Positions 30,585 to 41,191 of a stretch of DNA of 64,000 nucleotides are shown here, in pieces. Location of the stretch: positions 4,928,001 through 4,992,000 of the forward strand of contig OY761556.1 in the NCBI GenBank assembly GCA_963664705.1. The letters run 5' to 3'. Below the pieces are notes generated by a model. The model had not been told where the DNA came from. It ran no database searches and was given only the letters and a program-made list of their open reading frames with translations. The DNA comes from Acidobacteriota bacterium (GTDB taxonomy: Bacteria; Acidobacteriota; UBA6911). Each line of letters begins with the position of its first letter. Within the stretch, counting starts at the first letter, position 1. The position numbers and the translations under genes are program-made.

Positions 30585-31307
30585 TTAATACCCGACGAAA
30601 TCCTCGCTGTTAATCTCGTCTTCGTCAACGCCGGCTTCGCCAAGCATCTCCTTTACGGCCGCCACAAGGGCTGGAGGTCCGGCCGTGTAGTAAATCGGCT
30701 CTCTCAAGTCGTCGACGAATTTCGTCAACATCTCTTTGTTGATATATCCCCTTTCGCCTGTCCAGGCGATCTTGGATTGGCTCAGATCGGTCATGGTGGG
30801 AATAAGAGCGAAAGTTGAATTCCTCTGCGCGAGTTCTTGCAGTTCGCCCAGAAAAGCCGCATCCTCCGGACGACGATTCGAATAAAAAAGAAGAATGCGA
30901 TGCCCGGTTCCGGCTTGCGCGGCCTGCAGCAGCATGCTGCGGAACGGCGTAATGCCGATTCCGCCGGCGAGTATGACCGCCGGCCGGCTGACCTTACGAT
31001 GCAGCGTCATGGATCCGAACGGACCTTCTATTTGAAGCTCCGATCCGAACGCCATGCTTCGGAGAACCCGTTTGAAGGCAGTATCGCGCTGACGAGTGGC
31101 AACCATAATCCAAGGCTCGTGTGGAGCGCTCGCAATCGAGAACGATCGCTTGTCTCCTTCCGCGTCGGTTTCGGGCGGGTTGATGAGCGTCAAATCAATC
31201 GATTGCCCTCCTGCAAACGCAAATCCGTCCGGCTTGTCGAGGAAATAAGCCATGGTGCCCTCGGCTATCTGTTGACGGTCTTTCAGCCTCACCGTGTAAA
31301 TGCCCAT
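30585..31307 (-). CDS. Ferredoxin-NADP reductase-like FAD/NAD(P) oxidoreductase
   Basis: RSFSIAS, GPFG, AGGIGITPF, YTAGP, EDF C-terminus. Confidence 0.9.
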   Translation of the reverse strand: MGIYTVRLKDRQQIAEGTMAYFLDKPDGFAFAGGQSIDLTLINPPETDAEGDKRSFSIASAPHEPWIMVATRQRDTAFKRVLRSMAFGSELQIEGPFGSMTLHRKVSRPAVILAGGIGITPFRSMLLQAAQAGTGHRILLFYSNRRPEDAAFLGELQELAQRNSTFALIPTMTDLSQSKIAWTGERGYINKEMLTKFVDDLREPIYYTAGPPALVAAVKEMLGEAGVDEDEINSEDFVGY

Positions 31308-31371
31308 AGATCGGTTCCCTTCCAATAGGATCAGCGGGAGGAATGCTGAGACAATTCCTCCCGGTTGCCAG

Positions 31372-31869
31372 CTACACCTGCATGAACTTTTCTGCTTTCG
31401 TGCCGCAGATCGGACAGGAAGCGGGCGGCGCCCCCATTTCGATATGGCCGCAGACCGGGCACAAATAGAAATTGGTTTCGCTCAAATCCTTGCCGGCTTT
31501 CACGGCTTCGAGTGCCATTTTGTAGAGTTTTGCATGAACAGCCTCCGCCTTCATGGCAAACCCGAACATCCGCTTGGCGCGGTGATCCTCTTCAATCGCC
31601 TGCTGCAACATCGGGGGATACATCTCAACATGCTCCTGCGTCTCACCGGCCACGGCCGCGCTCAGATTCTCGGCCGTCGATCCAATCCCGTCCATGGCAC
31701 CAAAATGCCCGAGCGCATGGATGGTCTCGGCTTCCGCTGCGGTACGGAACAGCCGCGCCACATTTGTGAAACCTTCCTGTTCAGCCTTCTTTGCAAACGC
31801 CAGGTATTTCCGGTTTGCCTGGCTTTCGCCGGCAAATGCTTCCTTGAGATTACTTTCAGTAGTAGCCAT
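31372..31869 (-). CDS. rbr: Rubrerythrin
   Basis: AFAGESQANRKY, ETIHA, EAVHA diiron ligands; CPVC...CPIC rubredoxin domain. Confidence 0.95.
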   Translation of the reverse strand: MATTESNLKEAFAGESQANRKYLAFAKKAEQEGFTNVARLFRTAAEAETIHALGHFGAMDGIGSTAENLSAAVAGETQEHVEMYPPMLQQAIEEDHRAKRMFGFAMKAEAVHAKLYKMALEAVKAGKDLSETNFYLCPVCGHIEMGAPPASCPICGTKAEKFMQV

Positions 31870-32025
31870 GATATTTCGTCTCCATAAACATCGTGAATTC
31901 CAATTCTTGCCTATGCAGGATAAAACAAACCGAAGCCTTACGGCTAAATTTATTCATATCTGCTGTGGATGACTTACAAAGGTATTCCACATATTCAGCG
32001 AACAACTTTTGTTTTGAGCGATCAG

Positions 32026-32122
32026 TTCTCTCGCCCCTTATAGGTACTACGTTTTTCCTGATCTTATTCCAGGGGTTCGCTGCGCTCACTCCTGTCCATT
32101 TTCTGGCACGCCTTCGGCGCTT
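32026..32122 (+). repeat. REP-like repeat, degenerate copy
   Basis: CCAGGGGTTCGCTGCGCTCACTCCTG...TTTCTGGCACGCCTTCGGCGC resembles copies at 23571 and 2321. Confidence 0.7.
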
Positions 32123-32186
32123 GGCTTTCGTTGGCTTTATCGATTTGGGAGAAATACCAGGAATACCGCGGAACCCCGATCGATCA

Positions 32187-33776
32187 TCACGATGGCATTG
32201 GAGAATGCGATAACGCTACTTTTTCCCGATATTTTTCTGCGAAGTGCTCCATGATAAAATCGCTGGAGAATAGGATAACCCGCCGGTCACAATCATCAAA
32301 AGCAATCGCGGAATTGTAGGGCAGAATCTCAGTCAGCAGATCATCGCTGAGATCACTGTGGACCCACCTGAGGACAGTCCATGTCATTGTTTCAATTTCC
32401 GAATCCGCGCCATATTCGCTTTTTAGCCGGTATTTAAGAACATCGAATTGCAGCAGTCCTACCGCACCCAAAAGTGTTTTGTTCTGATGCATTACCGAAT
32501 TGAAGTGGAATGCCTGGATGATATTCTCCGAAAGCAGATGTTCCAGCCCTTTGCGGAAAGGCTTGTAATTGGAGGGGGTGGGATTGTTGATGAATCCGAA
32601 GTATTCCGGGGCAAATCGTGGGATCTCATCGAAAACCACGGAAGGGTCGCTGCTCAGCGTATCGCCCACTTTGAGGTCTTGCCTGGAGACAAGCCCTACG
32701 ATATCTCCCGGATACGCTTCGTCAACGATCTCACGGCTTTGACCAAAATGGGTGTGGGAATCCGAGAGGCGTATTTTTTTCCCCGTCCTGGACAGATAGG
32801 CATGCATATCTCTGCTGAATTTTCCTGAACAGACACGCATGAAGGCGATCCGATCCCGATGCAGAGGGTTCATGTTGGTCTGCAACTTGAAAATAAAACC
32901 GGAGAATATGGGATTTTCCATAGCCATCATGCCACGATTCGATTTTCTTGGGAGCGGCGGCGAAGAATACCGCACGAACCCTTCCAGAAGAAGCTCAACG
33001 CCAAAGTTGTTCACCGCGCTGCCGAAATATACAGGAACGGTTTCGCCATCAATAACGGATGCGGCATCAAAACTGCCATGCACATGATCGAGGATTTCAA
33101 TCTCCTCGATTGCCTGGCCGAATCCTTGTCCCCCCAACTCGCGCGCAAGTGCCGGATCGGAAGCATCGCGGACTGAAACTGGAGCCTTAAACGCGCCGCC
33201 GGCGACTCGCTCATAAAGATGAGCTTCCTTCTGAAGCCGGTCGTATACTCCTTTGAAGTCGCTCCCGCTGCCCAACGGCCAGTTGACGGGGTAGGCATGG
33301 ACCTTGAGAACGGTTTCCAGCTCGTCTATCAATTCCAGGGGGGCTTTCCCGGGACGATCCATCTTGTTCATAAACGCGAAGATGGGAATTCTCCGTTCCC
33401 TGCATATCTCGAAAAGCTTGCGCGTCTGGCTCTCAATTCCCTTGCCGGCATCAATGACCATCACGACACTGTCCACCGCCATCAGGACACGGTAGGTGTC
33501 TTCGGAAAAGTCCTTGTGGCCGGGAGTATCGAGCAAATTCATGCGCCAGCCGCGATAATCAAACTGCAGCAGGGTAGAGCTGACCGATATGCCGCGTTGT
33601 TTTTCGAGTTCCATCCAATCGGAAGCCGTTTCGCGTTGACGCTTTCGGGCGGTTACGGATCCGGCCAGCTGCAGAGCGCCACCGTAGAGCAGGAATTTCT
33701 CGGTTAGAGTTGTTTTCCCTGCATCGGGATGCGAAATAATCGCAAAAGTTCGCCTCTTATTTATCTCGTCGATCAT
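32187..33776 (-). CDS. prfC: Peptide chain release factor 3
   Basis: RRTFAIISHPDAGKTTLTEK, SDWMELEKQRGIS, DTPGHKDFSEDTYR, HRDRIAF. Confidence 0.97.
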   Translation of the reverse strand: MIDEINKRRTFAIISHPDAGKTTLTEKFLLYGGALQLAGSVTARKRQRETASDWMELEKQRGISVSSTLLQFDYRGWRMNLLDTPGHKDFSEDTYRVLMAVDSVVMVIDAGKGIESQTRKLFEICRERRIPIFAFMNKMDRPGKAPLELIDELETVLKVHAYPVNWPLGSGSDFKGVYDRLQKEAHLYERVAGGAFKAPVSVRDASDPALARELGGQGFGQAIEEIEILDHVHGSFDAASVIDGETVPVYFGSAVNNFGVELLLEGFVRYSSPPLPRKSNRGMMAMENPIFSGFIFKLQTNMNPLHRDRIAFMRVCSGKFSRDMHAYLSRTGKKIRLSDSHTHFGQSREIVDEAYPGDIVGLVSRQDLKVGDTLSSDPSVVFDEIPRFAPEYFGFINNPTPSNYKPFRKGLEHLLSENIIQAFHFNSVMHQNKTLLGAVGLLQFDVLKYRLKSEYGADSEIETMTWTVLRWVHSDLSDDLLTEILPYNSAIAFDDCDRRVILFSSDFIMEHFAEKYREKVALSHSPMPS

Positions 33777-34047
33777 TCTGAAGCCCAGGTAATCCCGGCC
33801 AAAGCACCGTCTGGCCGTGGCAGCCGATTTCGGCCTGCCTTAGCAAAAACCTCTATCGGACCATTATTTATTTGTACAGATTCAATATCTGTCAGAACCT
33901 CAAATCTGCGTGTCGTATATTAGCAGGCGGTGGCGAAAGTACAATGACCAGCCTGTCGTGTTTCATCCGGCATTTGCGACCAGGTTTTTGCCGGTATTGG
34001 ATGTCTCCCAATCGGACGACTGACGCGTGCAGGAAGACCATTCGGCT

Positions 34048-36057
34048 TCATTGCTTACGCACGTCGATCCGGTTGTCATAGAAGGTGCTTCCGTTCCCAC
34101 GATCTGTAAGCCGTTGGGAAGTGAGGGCGTTGACGGAGCGGTTTCCGGGCGTGAACTCCAGCCACCAGACTCCTTCCGCCACTGCCGTCCCAAGAGGGAT
34201 TCCCGGGTCTGTCTGAAGAATGAAAACCACTTCGCCCAGACCGTTGAAAGCCACAGCAGTGTCTCCATCGGAGAGTCCGCGTTTGGCTGCCTCCGCCGGA
34301 TTGATACTCAGCCGCATATTCCCTTGTTTTTGCCGCAAGTCGTTCCTCTCATAAAACGAGGAGTTGAGAGCGTAGACGCTTGGAGCGGCCATCAGCCAAA
34401 GAGGATAACGGCCCTCCTCTTCGTGAGTGCGGAGAAATCGTGGCAGCGGTTCCTCATCCGAGTCATTCAGGATCTCCAGTCGTCCGGACCGAGTGGCAAA
34501 GCTTTCGGGCGGCCAGATCGGGGCTTGCAGTTCGACTCCTTTGCCCTCCACCAGCGCGTCCGTGTCGATACCATCCCGCAACGGCGCGGGCGTTGAGAGA
34601 AGCAGATCGATAAGGTCATCCGCGGAATGCCGGAAGAAGGGATCGTCGAATCCGAACTCAGCGGCCAGCGCTGAAAAAACGTCCCAGTTGGCGCGGCTTT
34701 CTCCGACCGGCGGGATTGCTGCGGCGGCCCGCTGGATGCAGTACGAACCATAAGCCCGGTAGAGGTCGGCATGTTCCAACGAAGACGTCGCCGGAAGAAC
34801 AATGTCGGCGTAGCGGGTGCTGTCGGTGTCGAACCTTTCATGGACCACCGTGAAGAGATCTTCACGGGATAGTCCTTGCAGAACTGCATTTTGGTCTGGA
34901 GCGACTAATGCCGGATTTGCACTGTACACATAAAGCGCCATGATCCGTGGATTATCTATTTCGCGGAGGGCATGTCCCAGGCGATTCATGTTGATGATCC
35001 GCGTCGGAGTTGCCATAAAGTCTTCCCGGATGATTTTCGCCATCGCAAAAGCAGAGCCTGTGGATGTCGAACCGAACAGTCCGGCATGCCGCTTGCCATA
35101 ACCGCCGACGAAAGCGGGGAGGACGGCAATGGTCCGCACGGTCATGGCGCCATTTCCGTAACGGGATAGGCCGCTTCCAAGGCGGATCATCGGGGCTTTG
35201 GCCGCGGCGTACTCTCGAGCCATCCTGAGCAAGGTCGCAACCGGAATCCCAGTCAGCTCGCTTGTGCGCTCCGGTGTGTACCCGGGCAACACTTCCGCCG
35301 CGAGCGCTTCGTAGCCGATGGTTCGCTCCCGGAGGAAGACCCGATCGGATAATCCCTCTTTGTCCAGCAGGTGCATCAATCCCAGTGCAAGCGCACCGTC
35401 GCTCCCGGGCCGAACAGGAAAAAACTCGTCCGCGGATCTGGCGGTGGGAGTTGCATAGGTATCAATGACCCAAAGTCTGGCCCCGTTCTTGCGGGCCTGG
35501 TTCACCCGCTGCAAGTAATGGATGCTGGTTGCGGCCGCATTGATTCCCCAAAGAATGATCAAATCGCTGCCGGACAGCTCGTCCGGATGAGGAGCCGGCG
35601 TGTCGCCCAAAACGGCTTTCAGGCCTGCCTCCTTGGCGGGAGAACAGATTGTCCGGTCCAGCCGGGATGCACCCAGCCGGTGAAAAAACGCGTGACCGGC
35701 ATTCCGCTGCACCATACCCATTGTTCCTGCATACGAGTAGGGCAGGATCGATTCCGGACCGTGAGCGGTGATAATCGCGCGCCAGCGGTCGGCAATCAAC
35801 CGCAGGGCCTCTTCCCAAGTCGTTTCTCGGAACTGGCCGGTCCCCTTGGGGCCGGTTCGGATCAGCGGTTTCTGCAGTCGCCGAGGGGAATGGACGGTTC
35901 GCTCGTAGTGCGTCATTTTCGTGCAGAGCGTTCCGCGGGAATACGGATGCTCCGGATCACCAGCCACCCTGACGGCACGACCGTTCTCAACCGATACCAA
36001 AAGACCGCATGCATCGGGACAGTCATAAGGGCAGACGGACCGCTTAATTTCAGTCAT
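34048..36057 (-). CDS. Molybdopterin (bis-MGD) oxidoreductase with N-terminal 4Fe-4S, MopB superfamily
   Basis: CPYDCPDAC...LC cluster, YAGTMG, TICS, ADIVLPA, dinucleotide-binding C-terminus. Confidence 0.92.
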   Translation of the reverse strand: MTEIKRSVCPYDCPDACGLLVSVENGRAVRVAGDPEHPYSRGTLCTKMTHYERTVHSPRRLQKPLIRTGPKGTGQFRETTWEEALRLIADRWRAIITAHGPESILPYSYAGTMGMVQRNAGHAFFHRLGASRLDRTICSPAKEAGLKAVLGDTPAPHPDELSGSDLIILWGINAAATSIHYLQRVNQARKNGARLWVIDTYATPTARSADEFFPVRPGSDGALALGLMHLLDKEGLSDRVFLRERTIGYEALAAEVLPGYTPERTSELTGIPVATLLRMAREYAAAKAPMIRLGSGLSRYGNGAMTVRTIAVLPAFVGGYGKRHAGLFGSTSTGSAFAMAKIIREDFMATPTRIINMNRLGHALREIDNPRIMALYVYSANPALVAPDQNAVLQGLSREDLFTVVHERFDTDSTRYADIVLPATSSLEHADLYRAYGSYCIQRAAAAIPPVGESRANWDVFSALAAEFGFDDPFFRHSADDLIDLLLSTPAPLRDGIDTDALVEGKGVELQAPIWPPESFATRSGRLEILNDSDEEPLPRFLRTHEEEGRYPLWLMAAPSVYALNSSFYERNDLRQKQGNMRLSINPAEAAKRGLSDGDTAVAFNGLGEVVFILQTDPGIPLGTAVAEGVWWLEFTPGNRSVNALTSQRLTDRGNGSTFYDNRIDVRKQ

Positions 36058-36369
36058 AATGCTCCTGCAGGAAAGCCGAATATGGCAATCCTTTCCGCTG
36101 GTTTTGGTTTATAGATGCTTAACGCATCCTGGCGCAAACACCGTGCCTGTCATTCTTCTCTTCACCTCAGCTATGCAGTACTTTCTGAAAGATAGACCAC
36201 ATGGCTTCCCAATTGCCATCGGAATCACCTCCTTTTTGTTTGATGTGCAGGGAATTTGCTTCCCGGTGTGCAGCATTCCAGACCGCAGGATTCATACACG
36301 GCCGATGACGCAATCGGGACAATTGCATACGGCCGCGAAAGAGCCCAAAGGGGTATAAGAAGCAAAATT

Positions 36370-37809
36370 CTATTCCCGAGCCAGCCGCGTTGGCGCAAGT
36401 TCGGTGTCCTGCTTCAAGAACCGCATCCCTGCCAACCAGAAGGCGCCCGCCACCAGGAACATTGCACCCACTGCCGAGAATGCGGTGGTCATGCCGTAGC
36501 GGTCGCTCAGGATGCCGATTATAACGGGCGAGATTACGTCACCCAGCAGATGAATGACAAAGATGTTCAAGGCAAATGCGGCCGAGCGGATGCTCGGAGG
36601 CGTCACATTCACCAGGATTGTGTTTGTCGGACCGGTGTTGAAAAACAGACAGAAGCTGGCCACAAACAACCAAATCCATATAGTCGGAAATGGCGCGTGC
36701 AGCGTCAGCAGCATAAACGGAAATCCGATCAGCATGGCAACGCCCGAGACCAGGAAGTAGGAGCCGGAGAAACGCGTCCGGAGTTTGTCGCCGACCAGGC
36801 CGCCCAGCAGGGTTGCGGCGAAGCCGGTGACAACTGTGATGGCGCCGAAGATCATTTTCACCGCGACCGGTGCGCCCATTTTTTGCTTGAGGTAGTAGGC
36901 CATCCAGAAGGAGATTCCGCCTATAGCAAAGGTCATCGCTGTCATTCCCAACGTGCAGAGGATATAAGACGGCGTGTGCAGCAGCACCCCATAATCGCGC
37001 CACTGGACCTTGTGCGTACGCATGCCTTTGCCCAAATCCGCCTGGCCGCGCGGCGGCTCCTTCATGAAAAAGCTCCAGATGCCGAGCAGCAATCCGGGCA
37101 CAACCACGACGTAGAACGCCCAGCGCCAACTCTCTGCGTGAATGCCGAGTGCCTGTTCGCCCCAAGCGCCGATGCCGGACCTCGCCACGGCATCGCCGAT
37201 GACGAAGCCCAGCGCGCCGGCCACCGGTATGGCCATGTAAAACCACGCCAGCGCCTGGCCACGCACTTTTACCGGATAAAAATCCGAGATCAGTGTCGGA
37301 GCCACGGGTCCATAGGCCGCTTCGCCGATACCGACGAAACAACGGGTCAGAAGCAGTGCGACAAAGCCGCCCGCCAGGCCCGACGCCCCAGTGGCCAGGC
37401 TCCACAGGATCACGCCCACGCCGACCAGCGCCCAACGCGACCAGCGGTCAGCCAATCGGCCGAAAATCGGCGCGCCGATCGTGTAGACCACCATGAATGC
37501 AGTGCCCAGCACACCAATAAGTGCCAGTTCAGGTTTAAAGCCCAGATGCCCCGCGCACCATTCCTGAAACTGCCGGAGCGCTGGTGAGAGCGCATCGGCG
37601 TTGCCTTTTGGGAAGAAGCTCGCCTGGATGAACTCGACGACGGCGGCCAGCACGTAGCGATCGATGTAGTTGAACATGTTGATCAACAGGAGCAGTATCA
37701 GCGCAGCTCTTGCGCCGGGGAATGGCGTTTTGCGGTCGGCGCCTGAGACTTCCGCCGTGTGTGGGAAAGCAGCCTCCGAATACTCCGCCCCTATATCGTC
37801 GCTCACCAT
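36370..37809 (-). CDS. MFS transporter, Spinster-like
   Basis: INMFNYIDRY, GRLADRWSR, VGIGEAAYGPVAPTLISD, IHLLGD motifs. Confidence 0.9.
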   Translation of the reverse strand: MVSDDIGAEYSEAAFPHTAEVSGADRKTPFPGARAALILLLLINMFNYIDRYVLAAVVEFIQASFFPKGNADALSPALRQFQEWCAGHLGFKPELALIGVLGTAFMVVYTIGAPIFGRLADRWSRWALVGVGVILWSLATGASGLAGGFVALLLTRCFVGIGEAAYGPVAPTLISDFYPVKVRGQALAWFYMAIPVAGALGFVIGDAVARSGIGAWGEQALGIHAESWRWAFYVVVVPGLLLGIWSFFMKEPPRGQADLGKGMRTHKVQWRDYGVLLHTPSYILCTLGMTAMTFAIGGISFWMAYYLKQKMGAPVAVKMIFGAITVVTGFAATLLGGLVGDKLRTRFSGSYFLVSGVAMLIGFPFMLLTLHAPFPTIWIWLFVASFCLFFNTGPTNTILVNVTPPSIRSAAFALNIFVIHLLGDVISPVIIGILSDRYGMTTAFSAVGAMFLVAGAFWLAGMRFLKQDTELAPTRLARE

Positions 37810-38160
37810 GCTCTCCTTTCAACAGGAAGAAGCCGCGCATCAAGGTTCATGTCCATCATGGGCCGGTTGTCGAATATGTCTCAACGGGAATCGAAACGCC
37901 ACAATCTGTTTTACACTAAGATGCTGCTTTAGTTAAGGGCAGCAACTCTGATGCCCCCTTATTTTCGTCGGGCGAGGGACGGATCAAGGTCCTCGGGGAA
38001 ATCATTTTCCAATACTATGGGGGATGACCCTGCCGGACGCTGTTGGCTTTTTAGCGATTTCCTTTGGTGCCGACACGCTTTATGATGAGTGATCAGAAAA
38101 GCAAAAAGCAACGCCCCAGATAATTTGGCCAACCATCACCAAGTCCATAAGGAGAAGAGA

Positions 38161-39108
38161 ATGCTGGTGGATAGAAGGAAGTTCTGCAGGAGCGTGGCCG
38201 CGCTCGGGCTTTTGCCCGGCATCGCATGCGGACAATCGCAGGAGAAGCAAAGTGTCGCGCCGCGAAGTAGCGAAGGGATACGGGCCCGCAGGATCACCGC
38301 AAGGGGGTTCACCTTCGATGCACTGGAGTGCGGATCCGGCGGCGAGCCGGTCCTGTTGCTGCACGGGTTTCCCGAAACCTCCCTGATGTGGTCCGGCCTG
38401 ATGCCGGTATTGGCGGCGAACGGTTACCATTGCCTTGCACCGGATCAGCGCGGGTACAGTCCCAGCGCACGCCCGACGCAAGTTGACGCTTACCGGTATG
38501 AAGAACTCGTCGCGGATACGCTTGCATTCGGCCGCACGCTCGGCAAACGCTTTCACCTGATCGGCCACGATTGGGGCGCGGTTGTGGGGTGGCTTACACT
38601 TGCAACGGATCCTTCGTCGATCGCCTCCTTTACCGCGATATCCATACCGCACTACACGGCCTGGTCGCGCTCGGTCTACGACGACGAAAAAATGGCAGGC
38701 TATCGTTCAATGCTCGAAACCTGGATGACGGAGGGCAAGGGAGAAGCTTCGTGGACACCGGAACTGCTGAGGCGCATCTGGAAAGTGAAGCCGGCGGACC
38801 AGGTCGAGAAACTCATCGCAAAGATGACGGAACCGGGAGCCATGACGGCGGCGCTGAACTGGTACCGTGCATCGCGAGGCCACAAACGCGTGCTCGAGGA
38901 TTTCACCATCCCGAAGGTGAATGTGCCCACGCTGCTCATCTTTGGCCGCACCGACATTGGACAACGCTCGGTGGCTGATTCGGCGGCCCTCATGACGGGC
39001 AGCTACCGCGTCGTCCAGCCCGACGGCGGTCACTTCATCGTCGATGAGCAGCCGAAGGTTGTAGCAGAGGAAACGCTCGCGCACTTACGAGCGCATCCCA
39101 TAAAATAG
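38161..39108 (+). CDS. Alpha/beta hydrolase (epoxide hydrolase family) with Tat-like signal
   Basis: DRRKF signal; LLHGFPE, DQRGY, GHDWG nucleophile elbow, LNWYRA, GHF. Confidence 0.88.
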   Translation: MLVDRRKFCRSVAALGLLPGIACGQSQEKQSVAPRSSEGIRARRITARGFTFDALECGSGGEPVLLLHGFPETSLMWSGLMPVLAANGYHCLAPDQRGYSPSARPTQVDAYRYEELVADTLAFGRTLGKRFHLIGHDWGAVVGWLTLATDPSSIASFTAISIPHYTAWSRSVYDDEKMAGYRSMLETWMTEGKGEASWTPELLRRIWKVKPADQVEKLIAKMTEPGAMTAALNWYRASRGHKRVLEDFTIPKVNVPTLLIFGRTDIGQRSVADSAALMTGSYRVVQPDGGHFIVDEQPKVVAEETLAHLRAHPIK

Positions 39109-39275
39109 AATCCATCCATCGCGCCCTCAGAGAAAAATAACCAAAGGCTGCCTGCAATAACAGGGAGTCTATGGCTGCTCTAAAAGAAAGCATCGCCGCA
39201 GGCTTTACGCTTGCGGCTATGCTCAGTCCGGGTATCGCAAACAGCCGAATGACAAATTTCCAGGACAATAACTAT

Positions 39276-39319
39276 TTGACAATATGGTTGCTAGATACAA
39301 TACTTGCATTATGCAACTA
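39276..39319 (+). promoter_or_regulatory. Promoter and probable MarR operator of the marR-hgcAB-arsM operon
   Basis: TTGACA (39276) N17 AATACT, overlapped by palindrome TTGCAT-T-ATGCAA (39304-39316). Confidence 0.6.
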
Positions 39320-39336
39320 TATTGAAAGGGGCAAAT

Positions 39337-39822
39337 GTGGAGGCCAAGACAATCGAGCAGTTCCGAGCAAAGCTTCGTGAGATAGAGCGAGCCGTTTGGA
39401 TGCAAACCAAAAGCGAGGCGCTCTGCTGTGGCGTCACCATGGCTCAGTGTCATGCGATCCTCGAGATCAGCTCCGCCGGAGAAGTGAATTTAAAAGACCT
39501 GGCGGCCCGATTGGGCCTCGACAACAGCACACTTAGCCGGACAGTCGAAAGCCTCGTACAAGATGGATTGGTCGAGAGAACTTCAAGTAAGGAAGACCGG
39601 CGAGCCACTGTCATCAAGTTAAGTGAAAAGGGGCGCGCCGCCCGCGACCGCATCAACAAAACCTGGAACCAGATCTGCCGGGACATGTTTCGGAATATTC
39701 CCCACGAAAAACACGAGCAGCTCATCGAATCAGTGGCAATTCTGTCGGACCTGCTGACCGGTTGTTGCCGCAACCAGTGTTCCCCGAACGGAAGCACGGC
39801 CAAGCGGAGGACCAATGTCTAA
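39337..39822 (+). CDS. Cys-rich MarR-family transcriptional regulator
   Basis: wHTH LAARLGLDNSTLSRTVESLVQDGLVER..EDRR; CCGVTMAQC and GCCRNQC. Confidence 0.9.
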   Translation: MEAKTIEQFRAKLREIERAVWMQTKSEALCCGVTMAQCHAILEISSAGEVNLKDLAARLGLDNSTLSRTVESLVQDGLVERTSSKEDRRATVIKLSEKGRAARDRINKTWNQICRDMFRNIPHEKHEQLIESVAILSDLLTGCCRNQCSPNGSTAKRRTNV

Positions 39823-40861
39823 CTCATGCTGCTGTTCAACTCCGCAAAGCTCAAACCTTGTCCCGCTGGCTGATTTTAAGGAGTGCGCCGGGAAAGCGGC
39901 CAAGGTTACCTCGAGACTAAACAGGCGGGATCGACTGGGGATGTTCAAGTTCCGCTGGGGTATACGCCGCATGAGCTATGTGGTTGCTCCAGGCTTGTAT
40001 CAAATAGGAAGTCCCAACGAACACTCCCCGGTTCTGGTCACGGCAAATTTCAAAATGACTTTTGATATGGTCCGAAGCCAGCTGGACGGCATCAGTGCAT
40101 GGATTCTTGTGCTGAACACGCGCGGAATCAATGTTTGGTGCGCAGCCGGCAAGAGTACGTTCGGAACAGACGAACTCGTTCAACAGATTGAGAAGACAAA
40201 CCTTAAATCAGTGGTAACGCACCGGGAGATCATTCTTCCGCAGCTTGGCGCTCCTGGAGTTGCCGCGCATGAAGTCAGAAAGCGCGCGGGATTCTCAGTA
40301 ATCTATGGACCTGTTTATGCCCGAGATATCCGTGCTTTTCTGGCCGCCGGAAACCGCGCCACACCTGAAATGCGCAGGGTTCGATTTCATCTGAGAGACC
40401 GGATTGGTCTAATCCCCATGGAATTGATACCGGCGCTGAAGTGGGTTCCGGTGCTCGTCGCCTTGATCCTGATCATGAGGCTGGCGGATGGATCCGGCTT
40501 CCATGACGGTTTGCAGCGGGATCTGCTTGCATATCTGGGGACCATCGGGATAGGAGCGGCGGCGGTCCAGGTAGTACTGCCCTGGATTCCAGGGCGATCG
40601 TTTGTTTTAAAAGGCTGGCTTATGGGAATCCTATGGGCTGTATCTGTTTCGCTCTGGTTGAAGCCGAACCCCTGGATAGCGGTCTCCAATATTCTGGTCC
40701 TCCCCGTAATCCCGGCATACCTGGCATTGAACTTCACTGGGTCCACGACATTCACGTCATTATCCGGCGTGCAGAAGGAGATTCGCCTGGCAACTCCGGT
40801 CATGTTGGCGTCGGCCTGGATTGGAATAGTCCTGAGAATCGGACTGAGGCTGTGGAGCTGA
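39815..40861 (+). CDS. hgcA: Mercury methylation corrinoid protein HgcA
   Basis: Cap-helix GINVWCAAGK, PVLVTANFKMTFD, ILPQLGAPGV, GPV; C-terminal TM helices with NFTGSTTFTSLSGV. Confidence 0.95.
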   Translation: MSNSCCCSTPQSSNLVPLADFKECAGKAAKVTSRLNRRDRLGMFKFRWGIRRMSYVVAPGLYQIGSPNEHSPVLVTANFKMTFDMVRSQLDGISAWILVLNTRGINVWCAAGKSTFGTDELVQQIEKTNLKSVVTHREIILPQLGAPGVAAHEVRKRAGFSVIYGPVYARDIRAFLAAGNRATPEMRRVRFHLRDRIGLIPMELIPALKWVPVLVALILIMRLADGSGFHDGLQRDLLAYLGTIGIGAAAVQVVLPWIPGRSFVLKGWLMGILWAVSVSLWLKPNPWIAVSNILVLPVIPAYLALNFTGSTTFTSLSGVQKEIRLATPVMLASAWIGIVLRIGLRLWS

Positions 40862-40873
40862 AAGGAAAAACCT

Positions 40874-41164
40874 GTGAGCTTGATATATCTGAAAAATGTC
40901 TCGACCTTGAGAATGGATCCCTTCCGCTGCGGCGGTTGCGGAATGTGCGCGGCGGTATGCCCTCATGCGGTATTCCAGATTGAGAACCACAAAGCTCGAA
41001 TTGCAAACCCGGATTTCTGCATGGAGTGCGGTGCGTGCGCGAAAAACTGTGCCGCAAACGCCTTGACCGTTCGTGCTGGAGTAGGTTGCGCAGACGCGGT
41101 CATTCGCGGAAAACTCAGAGGAACGGAGCCCGTCTGCGGTTGTTCTCAGCAAGATTGTGGGTAA
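40874..41164 (+). CDS. hgcB: Mercury methylation ferredoxin HgcB
   Basis: CGGCGMC..VCPHAVF and CMECGACAKNC; GVGCA; Cys-rich tail; directly after hgcA. Confidence 0.93.
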   Translation: MSLIYLKNVSTLRMDPFRCGGCGMCAAVCPHAVFQIENHKARIANPDFCMECGACAKNCAANALTVRAGVGCADAVIRGKLRGTEPVCGCSQQDCG

Positions 41165-41191
41165 GCCCATCAAAACCGGAAGGACAAAAAA

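Noticed and set aside
36256-37587. 443-aa plus-strand ORF
   Set aside because: Antisense shadow of the GC-rich MFS gene
39815-40861. Acetyl-CoA synthase corrinoid subunit (CdhD/AcsC) instead of HgcA
   Set aside because: Has the NVWCAAGK cap helix, C-terminal TM region and an adjacent HgcB-type ferredoxin
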